Shown piece by piece: positions 52,103 through 62,666 of a stretch of DNA of 64,000 nucleotides. This DNA comes from Myxococcota bacterium (GTDB lineage Bacteria; Myxococcota_A; Polyangia; Nannocystales; Nannocystaceae). Below the pieces are notes generated by a model. The model was not told the origin of the DNA and made no database searches. It saw only the letters and a list, made by a program, of their open reading frames with translations. A program made the position numbers and the translations under genes. Numbering within the stretch: position 1 is the stretch's first letter; every line of letters begins with the position of its first letter. The stretch is from contig JBCCHT010000037.1 of NCBI GenBank assembly GCA_039028615.1, positions 1 through 64,000 of the forward strand, read 5' to 3'.

Positions 52103-52318
52103 GACGCCAGCCTAGACGCGGTCGTTGCAGTTCGGTTGCACGCAACCGCAATCAAATCGACATCCTTGCCTCGAAGACCCATGCGTCAGCTCACGAGATC
52201 GCCCGGGGCGGCATGGTTTGGCCCGCTATTTCGCCGAATGTGCCAACAAAACGACCCGTGACGGCCCACGGAAGGTCCGTGGGGGATCGGCTCCGAAGTA
52301 GGGGATGAGCCTACGTTT

Positions 52319-54556
52319 TCAGCTCGGACAGGTGCCGCAGCTGTTGGTGCCGATGGCTTCGACGCACATCTCGTCCCACAGCGTGTCGCAGCAGAAGGCA
52401 TCGGCCGCGCACACGCAGCTCTCGACCGAGTTCACCTCGCAGCCGGGCGTGCCGTTGGCGGAACAACACGGTCCGTCGGCGTCGTCGGGCATGCACGACT
52501 CGCCGCACAGGTCCGAGCCCACTCGGCCCACGCAGGTCGAGTCCCACTGGGTCGAGCAGCAGTAGGCATCGTTGGCGCAGACGCAGGCTTCGATGCCGGC
52601 ATCGGTGCACCCGGGCGTGCCCTGCACGGTGCAGCAGTCCTCGTTCATCTCGCCCGTGCTGCCGCCGCCACACGCGTCGCAGTCGTCGGCCGCGATGCCG
52701 GCACACAGGTCGTCCCACTCCGTCTCGCAGCAGTAGTTGTCCTGGGCGCAGACGCAGGTCTCGACATCGGGCTCTTCGCAGCCGGGGCTGTCGTTGTCCT
52801 CGCAGCAGTCGCCCACGCCGCCCATGGGGCCCGCACAGGTCTCGGTGTCGAGGTTCAGGGTGATGCCGTAGCTGCCGATGGGGTCGGAGTCGATGCTGTG
52901 CACCCGCAGCAGGTAGGTGCCCGCGTCGAGGCAGGCGCTGGTCAGCGACTCGCTGGAGGTGAGGCTGTCGGAGCTGACGATCAGCACGCCCGCGTCGTCG
53001 GTGAGCGCCAGGTCGATGTCGGGCGGGTTGTCGCCCTCGAGCGTCGCCCCGATCTGCGTGGAGGCGGTCAGCTCCACCCGGTACCAGTCGTCGTCGTCCT
53101 GGCACAGCACACGCCCGTCGATGCCTCCCTCGAGGGCGGCGGTGGCCAGGCCCTCGGCCGGGGTGCTGTCGGGCTCGTGGTCGTCGTCTTCGCAGTTGCC
53201 CCCCGTGCCGCCGCAGCTGCCCGCGTTGGGGATGCACTGCTGGGCGGTCTGGCCCTCGATGGACTCGACGGGCTCGGGCGAGCACACGTAGTCGTCGGGG
53301 CAATCGTCGGTGCTGGTGCAGCTTTGGCCGCAGTGGCCCCCTTCGCCGCCGGTCGCGGGCAGGCACAGGTCGTCTGCGTCGCCGCACTGCACGTCGAAGG
53401 AGCAGGTCTCGCACAGGCCCGCGCTCTCGTCTCCGCCGAGGGTGACGGACACGCGGTGCATGCCGCTGGCCGGGTCGTCGCTGCGGTGGTCGCAGTCACC
53501 CTCGGCGTCGTCGTCGTCGGTGGCCGACAGCAGGTAGTAAAGCGGCGCGGTGGTGCCGTCGGGCTCGTTGGCCAGGAAGTTCGGCACCGTTGCCCGCCAC
53601 GTGCCGTTTTGCATGTCCCCCTCCACGAGGTTCATGTTGGCCAGCGTGGTCTTGGAAAAATCGATCGGGTCGCCCGGGTCTTCGGTGGCGTAGACCACGT
53701 AAGGCGTGGAGCCGAGCCCCAGGTCGTCCTCGATGTTCGCGGTGATGTCGAGGTCGAGCTTGGTGGTGAAGTCGGTCGGATCGTGCAGGATGAGCGGAGC
53801 CTTGCCCGGGCAGTCGTCGCCGCTGCGACGGCGCAGCACGATGGCAAAGTCCTTGATGACCGGCGGATTGTCGCCGTCGTCGGCCGACAGCGTGAGGTAG
53901 TAGCGGTCGTCACCCTCGACCTGGGCCCGCGAGGGACACCAGCTCCACGTGGCGCTGAGGCCGTTGGACTCGGTGGTGAGCGTGGCACCTTCGATGATCG
54001 GGGCCTGCTGCTCCAGGGTGATCGAGGCCGAGTCCGGGTCGGCCACCTCGATGGCCAGGTCCATGCAGTCGGCCTGCTCGAGGTCGAGCACGGTGCCGGC
54101 CCCCAGCGGTCGTCGAAACACGGGCATGCTGCCGCTGCCCACCGCGCCGCGCACATCGATGGAGATGGTCAGGGTGTGTCGGAAGCGGCCGTCGAACGCG
54201 CTGAAGTCGAACAGCTGGAGGCCGATCTGGCTGGCCAACGGGGTGAACGTGAAGATGCCCTGTCCGGCCGGGGTCTTGGTGATCGCGGTGGTCGTCTCGA
54301 GATCGGGAGCGGTGGAGGCCACCTCGAAGTACAGCTCGTCGCCATCGGGATCGTTGGCCACCAGCTGCACGACCAGCTGCTGACCCACCACCGCGACTTG
54401 GTCGCCCACATCGAGCAGCGTGGGCGGGTTGCCCTTCTTGCACCCGACGTTCGGTGCCACCGCCACGGTGCCGAGCAGCGCGCCAGTAACGCAGCTTCGA
54501 AGGAAAGAGCCTCGCAGCGAAGGACGGGTCACGAATCGAGCGAAGGCACGGCGCAT
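52319..54556 (-). CDS. Large surface lipoprotein: Ig/cadherin-like domains, PPC-like domain, three Cys-rich C-terminal repeats
   Basis: NVGC lipobox; NPP.L/ANDPDGD.L cadherin-like motif; DDDWYRV...DIDLAL...GTYLLRV PPC-like motif; repeats CC....PGC....E.CVCA.D.YCC...WD..C. Confidence 0.8.
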   Translation of the reverse strand: MRRAFARFVTRPSLRGSFLRSCVTGALLGTVAVAPNVGCKKGNPPTLLDVGDQVAVVGQQLVVQLVANDPDGDELYFEVASTAPDLETTTAITKTPAGQGIFTFTPLASQIGLQLFDFSAFDGRFRHTLTISIDVRGAVGSGSMPVFRRPLGAGTVLDLEQADCMDLAIEVADPDSASITLEQQAPIIEGATLTTESNGLSATWSWCPSRAQVEGDDRYYLTLSADDGDNPPVIKDFAIVLRRRSGDDCPGKAPLILHDPTDFTTKLDLDITANIEDDLGLGSTPYVVYATEDPGDPIDFSKTTLANMNLVEGDMQNGTWRATVPNFLANEPDGTTAPLYYLLSATDDDDAEGDCDHRSDDPASGMHRVSVTLGGDESAGLCETCSFDVQCGDADDLCLPATGGEGGHCGQSCTSTDDCPDDYVCSPEPVESIEGQTAQQCIPNAGSCGGTGGNCEDDDHEPDSTPAEGLATAALEGGIDGRVLCQDDDDWYRVELTASTQIGATLEGDNPPDIDLALTDDAGVLIVSSDSLTSSESLTSACLDAGTYLLRVHSIDSDPIGSYGITLNLDTETCAGPMGGVGDCCEDNDSPGCEEPDVETCVCAQDNYCCETEWDDLCAGIAADDCDACGGGSTGEMNEDCCTVQGTPGCTDAGIEACVCANDAYCCSTQWDSTCVGRVGSDLCGESCMPDDADGPCCSANGTPGCEVNSVESCVCAADAFCCDTLWDEMCVEAIGTNSCGTCPS

Positions 54557-54646
54557 GGGCAGGGCCGCAATTATCCGTGGCCCGCCGCAGCACCGCAAGG
54601 CGACTCGAGTTCCTCCGCCGTCGCGGGCACTGGCATGATGTGAGGG

Positions 54647-57610
54647 ATGGGGGGCACGGGCGACGGTACGACGCGAACCATCGTCCGCATGCCGCCAGAG
54701 CCGATCCCGCGGTCGGAGGCGGGGTCGAGCGCGTTCGCGAACTCGAGCGAGCTGCACCCGGGGCATCGGATCGGTCGCTACGTGTTGCGTCAACGACTAG
54801 GTCAAGGCGGCATGGGCGTCGTGTATGCGGCGCACGACGAGCAGCTCGATCGCACGGTCGCGCTCAAGCTGCTGCGCCCCGATGGCGGACGAGGCGAGGC
54901 CGGGGAGGAGCGACGCCAGCGGCTGCTTCGCGAGGCCCAGGCCATGGCCCAGCTGTCGCATCCGAACGTGGTCGAGGTCTACGACGTGGGGACGGATGCC
55001 GACGCGCTGTACATCGCGATGGCGCTGGTGCAGGGCCAGACCCTACGTACGTGGATGCACGCGGCCGATGATCGGCCGTGGCAGGAGACGGCGGCGATGT
55101 TCGAGCAGGCGGGGAGGGGGCTCGCCGCCGCGCACGAAGTGGAGCTGGTCCATCGCGACTTCAAGCCGGCCAATGTGCTGGTCGACGAGCAGGGCCGCGC
55201 GCAGGTGCTCGACTTCGGCCTGGCGCTGCCGACCCTGGCGCGGCGCAGTGCGGTGGGGCTGTCGACGGGCGGGGCCTCGGCCTCGGACAGCCTCATCATC
55301 GAGCGCTCGTCGACGGCCACCGATCGCTTGGCGTCACCGCTGACGGAGTTCGGGGTGGTGATGGGAACCCCGGCCTATATGGCGCCCGAGCAGCACGTGG
55401 GCGACGAAGTGGGCCCGCCCGCCGACCAGTACGCGTTTTGTGTGGCGCTGTGGGAAGCGTTGCACGGCGAGCGACCGTTCCGTGCCCGCAACGAGAAGGC
55501 GATGCTGCATGCCAAGAGCAAGGGACCGCCCGCCAGCCCGCCGGGGATCGGCGTGCCGCGGGCGGTGCTGAGCGTGCTCGCGCGGGGCATGGCGGTCGAC
55601 GCCAGTCAGCGCTGGCCGAGCATGGTCGACCTGCTCGATGCCCTGTCGCCGCGGGTCCGAAGCACACGACGACGACGCCGCGCGGCGGCCCGGGTCGCCT
55701 TGGGCGGAGCCGCCGCGCTGGCGTTCGCGATCGCATCGCGCCGGTCGGAGCCGACGGTCGAGGGCCCTTGCCGGGAACTCGCCGAGCTTTCGTCGCAGTG
55801 GGACGGCGACACCAAGGCCGAGGTGTCGCGCGTCCTCGCCCGCGGCGGAGAGAGCTACGCGGCCGACACGGCGAAGCGCGTCGAGCAGGGCATCGACGAC
55901 TACGTGAGTCGCTGGTCGGTGGTTCGAGCCGAGGCCTGCGCGGAGCTGCCGACCACCGAGGATGCCCGCGCGCTGCAACGCCGCCGCCTGGCGTGCCTCG
56001 AGCGACGTCGACGTCGGGCGGTGGCGATGGTCGAAGTCTTGGCCGATCCACAGACCGACGCGGTGTCGCGGGCGGTGCCCTTGGTGCACGGCCTGCCGTC
56101 GCTCGAGGTCTGTGCCTCTGAGGATCCCGAAGACGACCGCTTGATGGTGCCCGACGACCCCGCGCTGGCGCAGCGTGTGCGCGAGGCCCAGGCTGAGCTC
56201 GAGGTGGTGCGGGCGTGGCTGGCCGGCGGGCGCTACGACGACGCCCACACTCGGGCGCAGCAGATCCTCGAGGGCGCGCGCGCGCTGAAGCATGCCCCGT
56301 TGATCGACCTGGCGGAGATGTGGCTCGGGGAGACGTTGATGTATCTCGGCCAGTTCGAGGCGGCGAAGGACCACATGGTCGAGGTGTTGCACCGAGCCGA
56401 GGCCGCGGACCAAGACGCCATGGTGGTGGAGCTGTCGACCCGGCTGGTGTTCATCGAAGGCACGAAGCTGGGGCGCCCCGAGGCCGGCCTGCGCTGGGGG
56501 CGACACGGGGAGGCCCGCCTGTCGCGGGGGGCCGACGACGGGTTCGCCGAGGCCCACCTGCGCACGGCCATCGGCTCGGCGCTGACCGACGCCGGCCGGG
56601 TGAAGGAGGCCCAAAAAGAACTCGAGCGGGCGGTCGAGCTGTGGACGGCGTTGGAGGGGGCCGATGACATTCAGACCGCGGCCGCCCGCAACAACCTCGG
56701 GATCGCGTTCTACGGCCAGGGACGCTACGAGCGGGCGATCGTCGAGTACGAGGAGGTCGCCCGCATCCGCCGGCTGACGCTGGGCCCCGAGCACCCGGAC
56801 ATCGCCGCCGTGCTCAACAACCTGGCCAACGCCCGCTTCGAGCTGGGGGAGTACGACCGAGCGTTGAAGGAGCAGCGCGAGGTGCATCGGATCTGGCGGG
56901 CTGCCCTCGGCCCCGACCACCCCAACGTCGGGGCGATCCTGAACAACCTGGGCAACTCGGCCAGCACCCTGGGGCGCTACGAGGAGGCGCTCGACTACTA
57001 CGACCAGGCCAAGCAGCTGCGGGAGCGTGTTCTGGGGCCCGACCATCCCGAGCTCGCGGTCACCCTGCTCAACCTGGGTGGGGTGTTGGGCGACATGAAG
57101 CGCTACGATCCGGCCGTCACCGCGTTGCGGCAGGCCCGAGAGATCCTCGAGCAGCGGTTGGGGGAGCACACATGGACCGCCACCGCGATCGCGGCGCTGG
57201 GGATGGTGCAGCTGGCTCGAGGCGACCACGAAGCGGCCCTGGCCGCGTGTGAACGGGCGCTGAACATGGAACGACAGTTCAGCGGGCCCCAGCATCCGCA
57301 GGTGGCGATGAAGCGGGTCTTGGTGGGAGAGGCTCTGCTGGCGCTCGACCGACCTGAACAGGCGCGCCCGCACTTGGAACGAGCGCTCGAGGTGCTACAG
57401 GCGGGTGAGGTGTCGCCCGACGAACTGGCCAAGGCCCGCTTTGCCCTCGCTCGGGCGTTGGCGGGGCAGGGCGAGCAGACCGAACGGGTGGTGCAACTCG
57501 TCGCACAGGCGCGCGAGGTGTGGGAGGGCGCACCCCTACGACATGCACAACGGCTCGAGGAGCTCGAGGCCTGGCACGCCCGGACCCGGGGAAAGCATGA
57601 TGACCCGTGA
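54647..57610 (+). CDS. Ser/Thr protein kinase with C-terminal TPR repeats
   Basis: GQGGMGVVY, VALK, HRDFKPANV, DFG, GTPAYMAPE; kinesin-light-chain-type TPRs (LGPEHPD.A..LNNL). Confidence 0.92.
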   Translation: MGGTGDGTTRTIVRMPPEPIPRSEAGSSAFANSSELHPGHRIGRYVLRQRLGQGGMGVVYAAHDEQLDRTVALKLLRPDGGRGEAGEERRQRLLREAQAMAQLSHPNVVEVYDVGTDADALYIAMALVQGQTLRTWMHAADDRPWQETAAMFEQAGRGLAAAHEVELVHRDFKPANVLVDEQGRAQVLDFGLALPTLARRSAVGLSTGGASASDSLIIERSSTATDRLASPLTEFGVVMGTPAYMAPEQHVGDEVGPPADQYAFCVALWEALHGERPFRARNEKAMLHAKSKGPPASPPGIGVPRAVLSVLARGMAVDASQRWPSMVDLLDALSPRVRSTRRRRRAAARVALGGAAALAFAIASRRSEPTVEGPCRELAELSSQWDGDTKAEVSRVLARGGESYAADTAKRVEQGIDDYVSRWSVVRAEACAELPTTEDARALQRRRLACLERRRRRAVAMVEVLADPQTDAVSRAVPLVHGLPSLEVCASEDPEDDRLMVPDDPALAQRVREAQAELEVVRAWLAGGRYDDAHTRAQQILEGARALKHAPLIDLAEMWLGETLMYLGQFEAAKDHMVEVLHRAEAADQDAMVVELSTRLVFIEGTKLGRPEAGLRWGRHGEARLSRGADDGFAEAHLRTAIGSALTDAGRVKEAQKELERAVELWTALEGADDIQTAAARNNLGIAFYGQGRYERAIVEYEEVARIRRLTLGPEHPDIAAVLNNLANARFELGEYDRALKEQREVHRIWRAALGPDHPNVGAILNNLGNSASTLGRYEEALDYYDQAKQLRERVLGPDHPELAVTLLNLGGVLGDMKRYDPAVTALRQAREILEQRLGEHTWTATAIAALGMVQLARGDHEAALAACERALNMERQFSGPQHPQVAMKRVLVGEALLALDRPEQARPHLERALEVLQAGEVSPDELAKARFALARALAGQGEQTERVVQLVAQAREVWEGAPLRHAQRLEELEAWHARTRGKHDDP

Positions 57611-57715
57611 GGGAATTGGCGCGTTGTCGCGCCCGCCCCGATCGCGTCGGGCGGGATGGGTCACGGGGTCCGAGCGCGGGCTTGTGTTAGATTCGCCGGG
57701 CAAAGCCGCTGCCTC

Positions 57716-59056
57716 ATGGCGAATCGACTCGACAAGACGGTGATCGACGAACAGCTCGAAGAGCTGGGGTCTCAAGACGCGCCGAGGGAGGTGCGTCACG
57801 AGGATACCGACCGTTTCGAGTCCCAGAAGACGGTGGCGCGCGGCGGCATGGGTTCGATCGTCGACGTCTACGATCACCGCATGCAGCGGCGGGTGGCCAT
57901 GAAGGTCCTGCACCCGGAGCTGACCGATCGTCCCGGCGAGCTCGAGACCTTCGTGCGCGAGGCCCAGATCACCGGGCAGCTCGATCACCCCAACATCGTG
58001 CCCGTGCACGACATGGGCGAGGACCGCTCCTTGCCCTGGTTCGTGATGAAGCTGGTGCAGGGCAAGAGCCTCGCCCAGATGTTCCGCACGCTCGGGGCAG
58101 GCCCGCTGCCGGGCCAAGAGATCGAGTCGTTCATCAAGGTGATGATCAAGGTCTGCGACGCGGTGGCCTTTGCCCACAGCCGCGCGGTCTTGCACCTCGA
58201 CCTCAAGCCCCACAACGTCATGGTGGGCAGCCACGGTCAGGTCTACGTCATGGACTGGGGCATCGCGGTGCGCTGCTACCGGGACCCCGACGGCCACCTG
58301 CACCCCGTGGACAGCAAGAAGGGGCTGCGCGGCACCGTGGCCTATATGTCCCCCGAGCAGGCGAAGACCGGCATGACCGGCGTCGACGAGCGCGCCGACG
58401 TCTACGGGCTGGGGGCCATCCTCTACGAGTTTCTCACTGGGCGTCCGCCCTTCGAGCCCCGCGGGGTCCTCGAGGACTTGGTGCGCGCGGGCGACAACAT
58501 CGTGCTCGATCCGCTCGAGAGCCCCACGCTGCGGCAACCTCCGCCCGGGCTCGCGGCCATCGCCATGCGGGCCTTGGCCGCCGATCGGGAGCAACGCTAC
58601 CCCGACGTCGTCACCATGCAGTCCGAGCTCGAGGCTCTGATCCGCGGTGGTGGCTGGTTCCGGCTCAAAGAGTTCGGCCCCGGCGATGTCATCGTCGAAG
58701 AAGGCGAGCCGGGCGATACCGCATACATCATCAAGCGGGGGCACTGCGACGTCTTCAAGCGCGCGGGCGAGCGCAAGGTGCACTTGCGGCGCATCGGTCC
58801 CAACGAGGTCTTCGGCGAGACCGCCATCCTCACCTCGGGGCGACGTACGGCCTCGGTGGTGGCGGTCGACGAGGTCGCCGCGCTGGTGGTGACCTCCGAC
58901 GCGCTCGAGCGCGAGATCGAGTCGCGAGGCTGGCTCGGTCCGTTGGTCAAGGCGCTGGCCGGGCGCTTCATCGAGGCCGACGAAGAGCGGGTGAAGCTGC
59001 GGGCCGAGGCCGAGGCGCGAGCCGAGGCCAAGGCGGCCAACGAAAAATCGGGCTGA
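57716..59056 (+). CDS. Ser/Thr protein kinase with C-terminal cyclic-nucleotide-binding domain
   Basis: RGGMG, VAMK, HLDLKPHN, DWG, GTVAYMSPE; cNMP motifs IVEEGEPGDTAYII, FGE, RRTASVVA. Confidence 0.9.
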   Translation: MANRLDKTVIDEQLEELGSQDAPREVRHEDTDRFESQKTVARGGMGSIVDVYDHRMQRRVAMKVLHPELTDRPGELETFVREAQITGQLDHPNIVPVHDMGEDRSLPWFVMKLVQGKSLAQMFRTLGAGPLPGQEIESFIKVMIKVCDAVAFAHSRAVLHLDLKPHNVMVGSHGQVYVMDWGIAVRCYRDPDGHLHPVDSKKGLRGTVAYMSPEQAKTGMTGVDERADVYGLGAILYEFLTGRPPFEPRGVLEDLVRAGDNIVLDPLESPTLRQPPPGLAAIAMRALAADREQRYPDVVTMQSELEALIRGGGWFRLKEFGPGDVIVEEGEPGDTAYIIKRGHCDVFKRAGERKVHLRRIGPNEVFGETAILTSGRRTASVVAVDEVAALVVTSDALEREIESRGWLGPLVKALAGRFIEADEERVKLRAEAEARAEAKAANEKSG

Positions 59057-59135
59057 CGCGTCGCGCGTTCGGCTCTGGCTCCAGGCGGCGGCTCCGACCG
59101 GAGAAAACGCGCGCGAGGCGGTCATCGGGGCCCAA

Positions 59136-61148
59136 ATGGCGCTACGCTCGGACTCGATGCGATCGCACGACCGCCGTCTCCGCCTGGCCCGCGTCGCCAC
59201 CGTGGCCCTGCTCGCGGCTCCGCTGGCGCTCGTCGGCTGCAGCGAGGAGCCCCAGGGGCGGCAGGAGACCGGTCTCGAGGCGCTGACCCTCGATGACGTC
59301 AACCCCAAGATCATCGTGCCGGGTTCACGGCTGAGCATCGACGGCAGCTCGTTCCTCGACCGGCCGCTGGGGGTCTCGTGGCTACGATTGCAGGGCGGCT
59401 ACGGCGGGGCCCCCATCGACGCCTACCTTCCGGCGGAGTTCGTCGACTTCGATCGGATGCGGATCAACGCGACCCCCGACATCCTGCGCCTCATCGGGCC
59501 CTCCACCGGGACCTTCGTCGGCCAGGTGCAGGTGGAGGTCGACTTCGTCCCCGATGGCACTCGCCAGGTGTCCATCGCCCGCACCATGGAGCTTCAGATC
59601 CTCGACCACCTCGAGCCGCAGCTCGACGAGGTCGCGGCCGCCTCGGTCATCTTCGCCAACGAGCCCATCGAGGTGCGGGGCTCCGGTTTGCTGCTCGGCG
59701 GGGACGAGGGCACGACCTACGCCATCGTCGAAGGCTGCGTGCGGTCGCTGGGCAGCGACGCCTGCGAGCCGATCACCCCGGTCGAGATTCCCGTGGTGCC
59801 GGCCGACTCGGGCCTGCGCGATCTCGGCGTCTTTCCGTTCTCTCCGCGCATCGCGGGCATCACCGCCGGCAACTTCGAAGGCACGGTCACGCTGCGCAAC
59901 GAGCATGCCGACGGCGAAATCCGCGAGAGCACGGCCCAACAGGTCGCCTACGAGCTCACCGAGACGGTGGTGACCGCCGTCGGCGATGGCGAAGCGGCGA
60001 CCTTGGGCCGCTACGTGACCGTGGACGGCGGAGGCTTCGTGAGCCGCGACGACGGCGGCCTCACCTCGCTCGTGCTGGACGGCACCTACTTCCCCGACAG
60101 CGGCGGCGAGGCCCCGGTCAGCCTGCAGGTCATCCCCGACTTCGTCGACGGCCGCCAGGTTCGCTACGTCATCAACGAAGAGGACACCTTGGCCCAGGCG
60201 ATCGACATTCGTCAGGCGCGCGGCACCTTCGTCGGCCAGATTCAGCCCGTCGTCGAGTTCGAAGATCAGCAGGTCGAGGGCGCGCCCGCGGAGCTGACCT
60301 TCCGCCTCGAGCCGGTCAAGCAGGTCGTGGTGGTGCAGTTCAATGCCTCGTATACCGAGAGCCTGCGGCTATTCGGGCTCCGGGCGCTCGACCAGCAGAT
60401 TCGCGAGCGGGTGCTGACCGTGCTCGCGCGAGACTACGAGGCGATCAACGTCGAGTTCGTCACCGAGACGCCCACCGACTACAAGCTGTACTCGGTGGTC
60501 GAGATCGCCGGGCCCGATCCCAACGGCCTGGGCTTGCTCGGCTACGACAACACGCCCGGCAAGGATCGCGACAACGTCCGGCTCGACGATCGGATCGGGG
60601 GCGTGAACGCCCAGACCCTCGAGAGCGGGCTGCCCGGCTTCGGCGGCGTGTTCATGGAGTCGCTGTTCTCGTTCTCGTTCCATCCCCCCGCGGGCACGGT
60701 GGGCAGCGCCGACGTGGCGACCGAGAGCTTCGACCAGATCTTCGACCCCCTGCGCCCCGATCGCGGCGGGCAGGCGGTGACCTCGGCCGACTTCGCGGGC
60801 GGAGCCGTGCCTGTGCTCAGCTCTGGCGCCACCTGCCCGGCCACCGCCCGCGCCGACCGGATCGCCTGTGCGGTGTTCGTGCTCGGCTCGGTGGTGGGCT
60901 CCACCGTCAGTCACGAGGTCGGCCACTCGCTGGGCTTGGCCGAGCCGCTCGGCTCCCTCGAGGAGTTCCACAACAAGGGCGACCTCGCCGGGCGCCTGAT
61001 GGACGCGGGCAGTGCTCGCAGCTTCGAAGAGCGCGCCGAGCTGATGGGGGAGGGGCCCTCGCGCTTCTGCGTCGAGTCCTACGAGTATCTGCGGGGCATC
61101 CTGCCCACGACGGATCTGGATCCCCCGGTGTCGCGACCGCCTTGCTGA
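59136..61148 (+). CDS. Lipoprotein with Ig-like domains and C-terminal zinc metallopeptidase-like domain
   Basis: LVGC lipobox; HEVGHSLGL at ~60912, followed by LMD (Met-turn-like). Start 59136 or 59157. Confidence 0.75.
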   Translation: MALRSDSMRSHDRRLRLARVATVALLAAPLALVGCSEEPQGRQETGLEALTLDDVNPKIIVPGSRLSIDGSSFLDRPLGVSWLRLQGGYGGAPIDAYLPAEFVDFDRMRINATPDILRLIGPSTGTFVGQVQVEVDFVPDGTRQVSIARTMELQILDHLEPQLDEVAAASVIFANEPIEVRGSGLLLGGDEGTTYAIVEGCVRSLGSDACEPITPVEIPVVPADSGLRDLGVFPFSPRIAGITAGNFEGTVTLRNEHADGEIRESTAQQVAYELTETVVTAVGDGEAATLGRYVTVDGGGFVSRDDGGLTSLVLDGTYFPDSGGEAPVSLQVIPDFVDGRQVRYVINEEDTLAQAIDIRQARGTFVGQIQPVVEFEDQQVEGAPAELTFRLEPVKQVVVVQFNASYTESLRLFGLRALDQQIRERVLTVLARDYEAINVEFVTETPTDYKLYSVVEIAGPDPNGLGLLGYDNTPGKDRDNVRLDDRIGGVNAQTLESGLPGFGGVFMESLFSFSFHPPAGTVGSADVATESFDQIFDPLRPDRGGQAVTSADFAGGAVPVLSSGATCPATARADRIACAVFVLGSVVGSTVSHEVGHSLGLAEPLGSLEEFHNKGDLAGRLMDAGSARSFEERAELMGEGPSRFCVESYEYLRGILPTTDLDPPVSRPPC

Positions 61149-61167
61149 ACGCGGGCGGGCGCGGACC

Positions 61168-62001
<834 letters not shown>

Positions 62002-62012
62002 GGGCGCGGAGA

Positions 62013-62660
62013 TTAGGCGCCCTTGTCGCCGTCGACGGTGGTGGGCTCGGGCTCGGCGGTCGGCGCCTCGGCGTCGGTGGCCGGAACCTTGGCCTCGGGC
62101 TTTGCGTCGCCCGCGGGCTTCGCGTCGTCGGTCGGGGCGGCCTCGTCAGCCGGGGCCGCGTCGTCGGCCGGAGCCGTCTCGCTGCCTGCGGGGGCAGCGC
62201 CCTCGGCCGGGGCGGGAGCCTCGGCGTCGGTCTCCTCGGCGGGCTTCACCTCGATGCTCGGGGTGAGGGCCGGGGCCGGGGCAGCCGCCTCGACGTCCTT
62301 GGCCTTGGTTCCAGCCTCGGGGAGATTGAGCGGCGTGCCTTCACCGATGCGCTCGTAGTCGATCTCCTCGTCCTCGCCGAAGACCTCTTTTTTGGTGTCG
62401 TCGCTCGCGTCCTTCAGCCGGTCGGACCCGGTGTGGGCCGAGGCGTAGGCGAGGTACACCGCGCACAACATGAAGGCCGCGGCGAGGCCCTGGGTGAGCT
62501 TGGCCAAAAAGTCGGCTCCACCACCGCCGCCGAACACGCCCTGGCTGGCGCCGCCGCCCAGGGCGGTCCCGAGGCCACCGCCCTTGCCGGCCTGGAGGAG
62601 GACCACCAGGATCAGGACGAAGGTGACGAAGACGTAGACGATCTCGATAAAGAGGTCCAT
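62013..62660 (-). CDS. secG: Preprotein translocase subunit SecG with long acidic tail
   Basis: LILVVLLQAGKGGGLG..GGGASQGVFG...FLAKLT; typical position downstream of tpiA. Confidence 0.9.
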   Translation of the reverse strand: MDLFIEIVYVFVTFVLILVVLLQAGKGGGLGTALGGGASQGVFGGGGGADFLAKLTQGLAAAFMLCAVYLAYASAHTGSDRLKDASDDTKKEVFGEDEEIDYERIGEGTPLNLPEAGTKAKDVEAAAPAPALTPSIEVKPAEETDAEAPAPAEGAAPAGSETAPADDAAPADEAAPTDDAKPAGDAKPEAKVPATDAEAPTAEPEPTTVDGDKGA

Positions 62661-62666
62661 GACGGC

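Noticed and set aside
62002..62012. tRNA-Leu often found downstream of secG
   Set aside because: Only 11 bp separate secG from dapF; no cloverleaf was seen.
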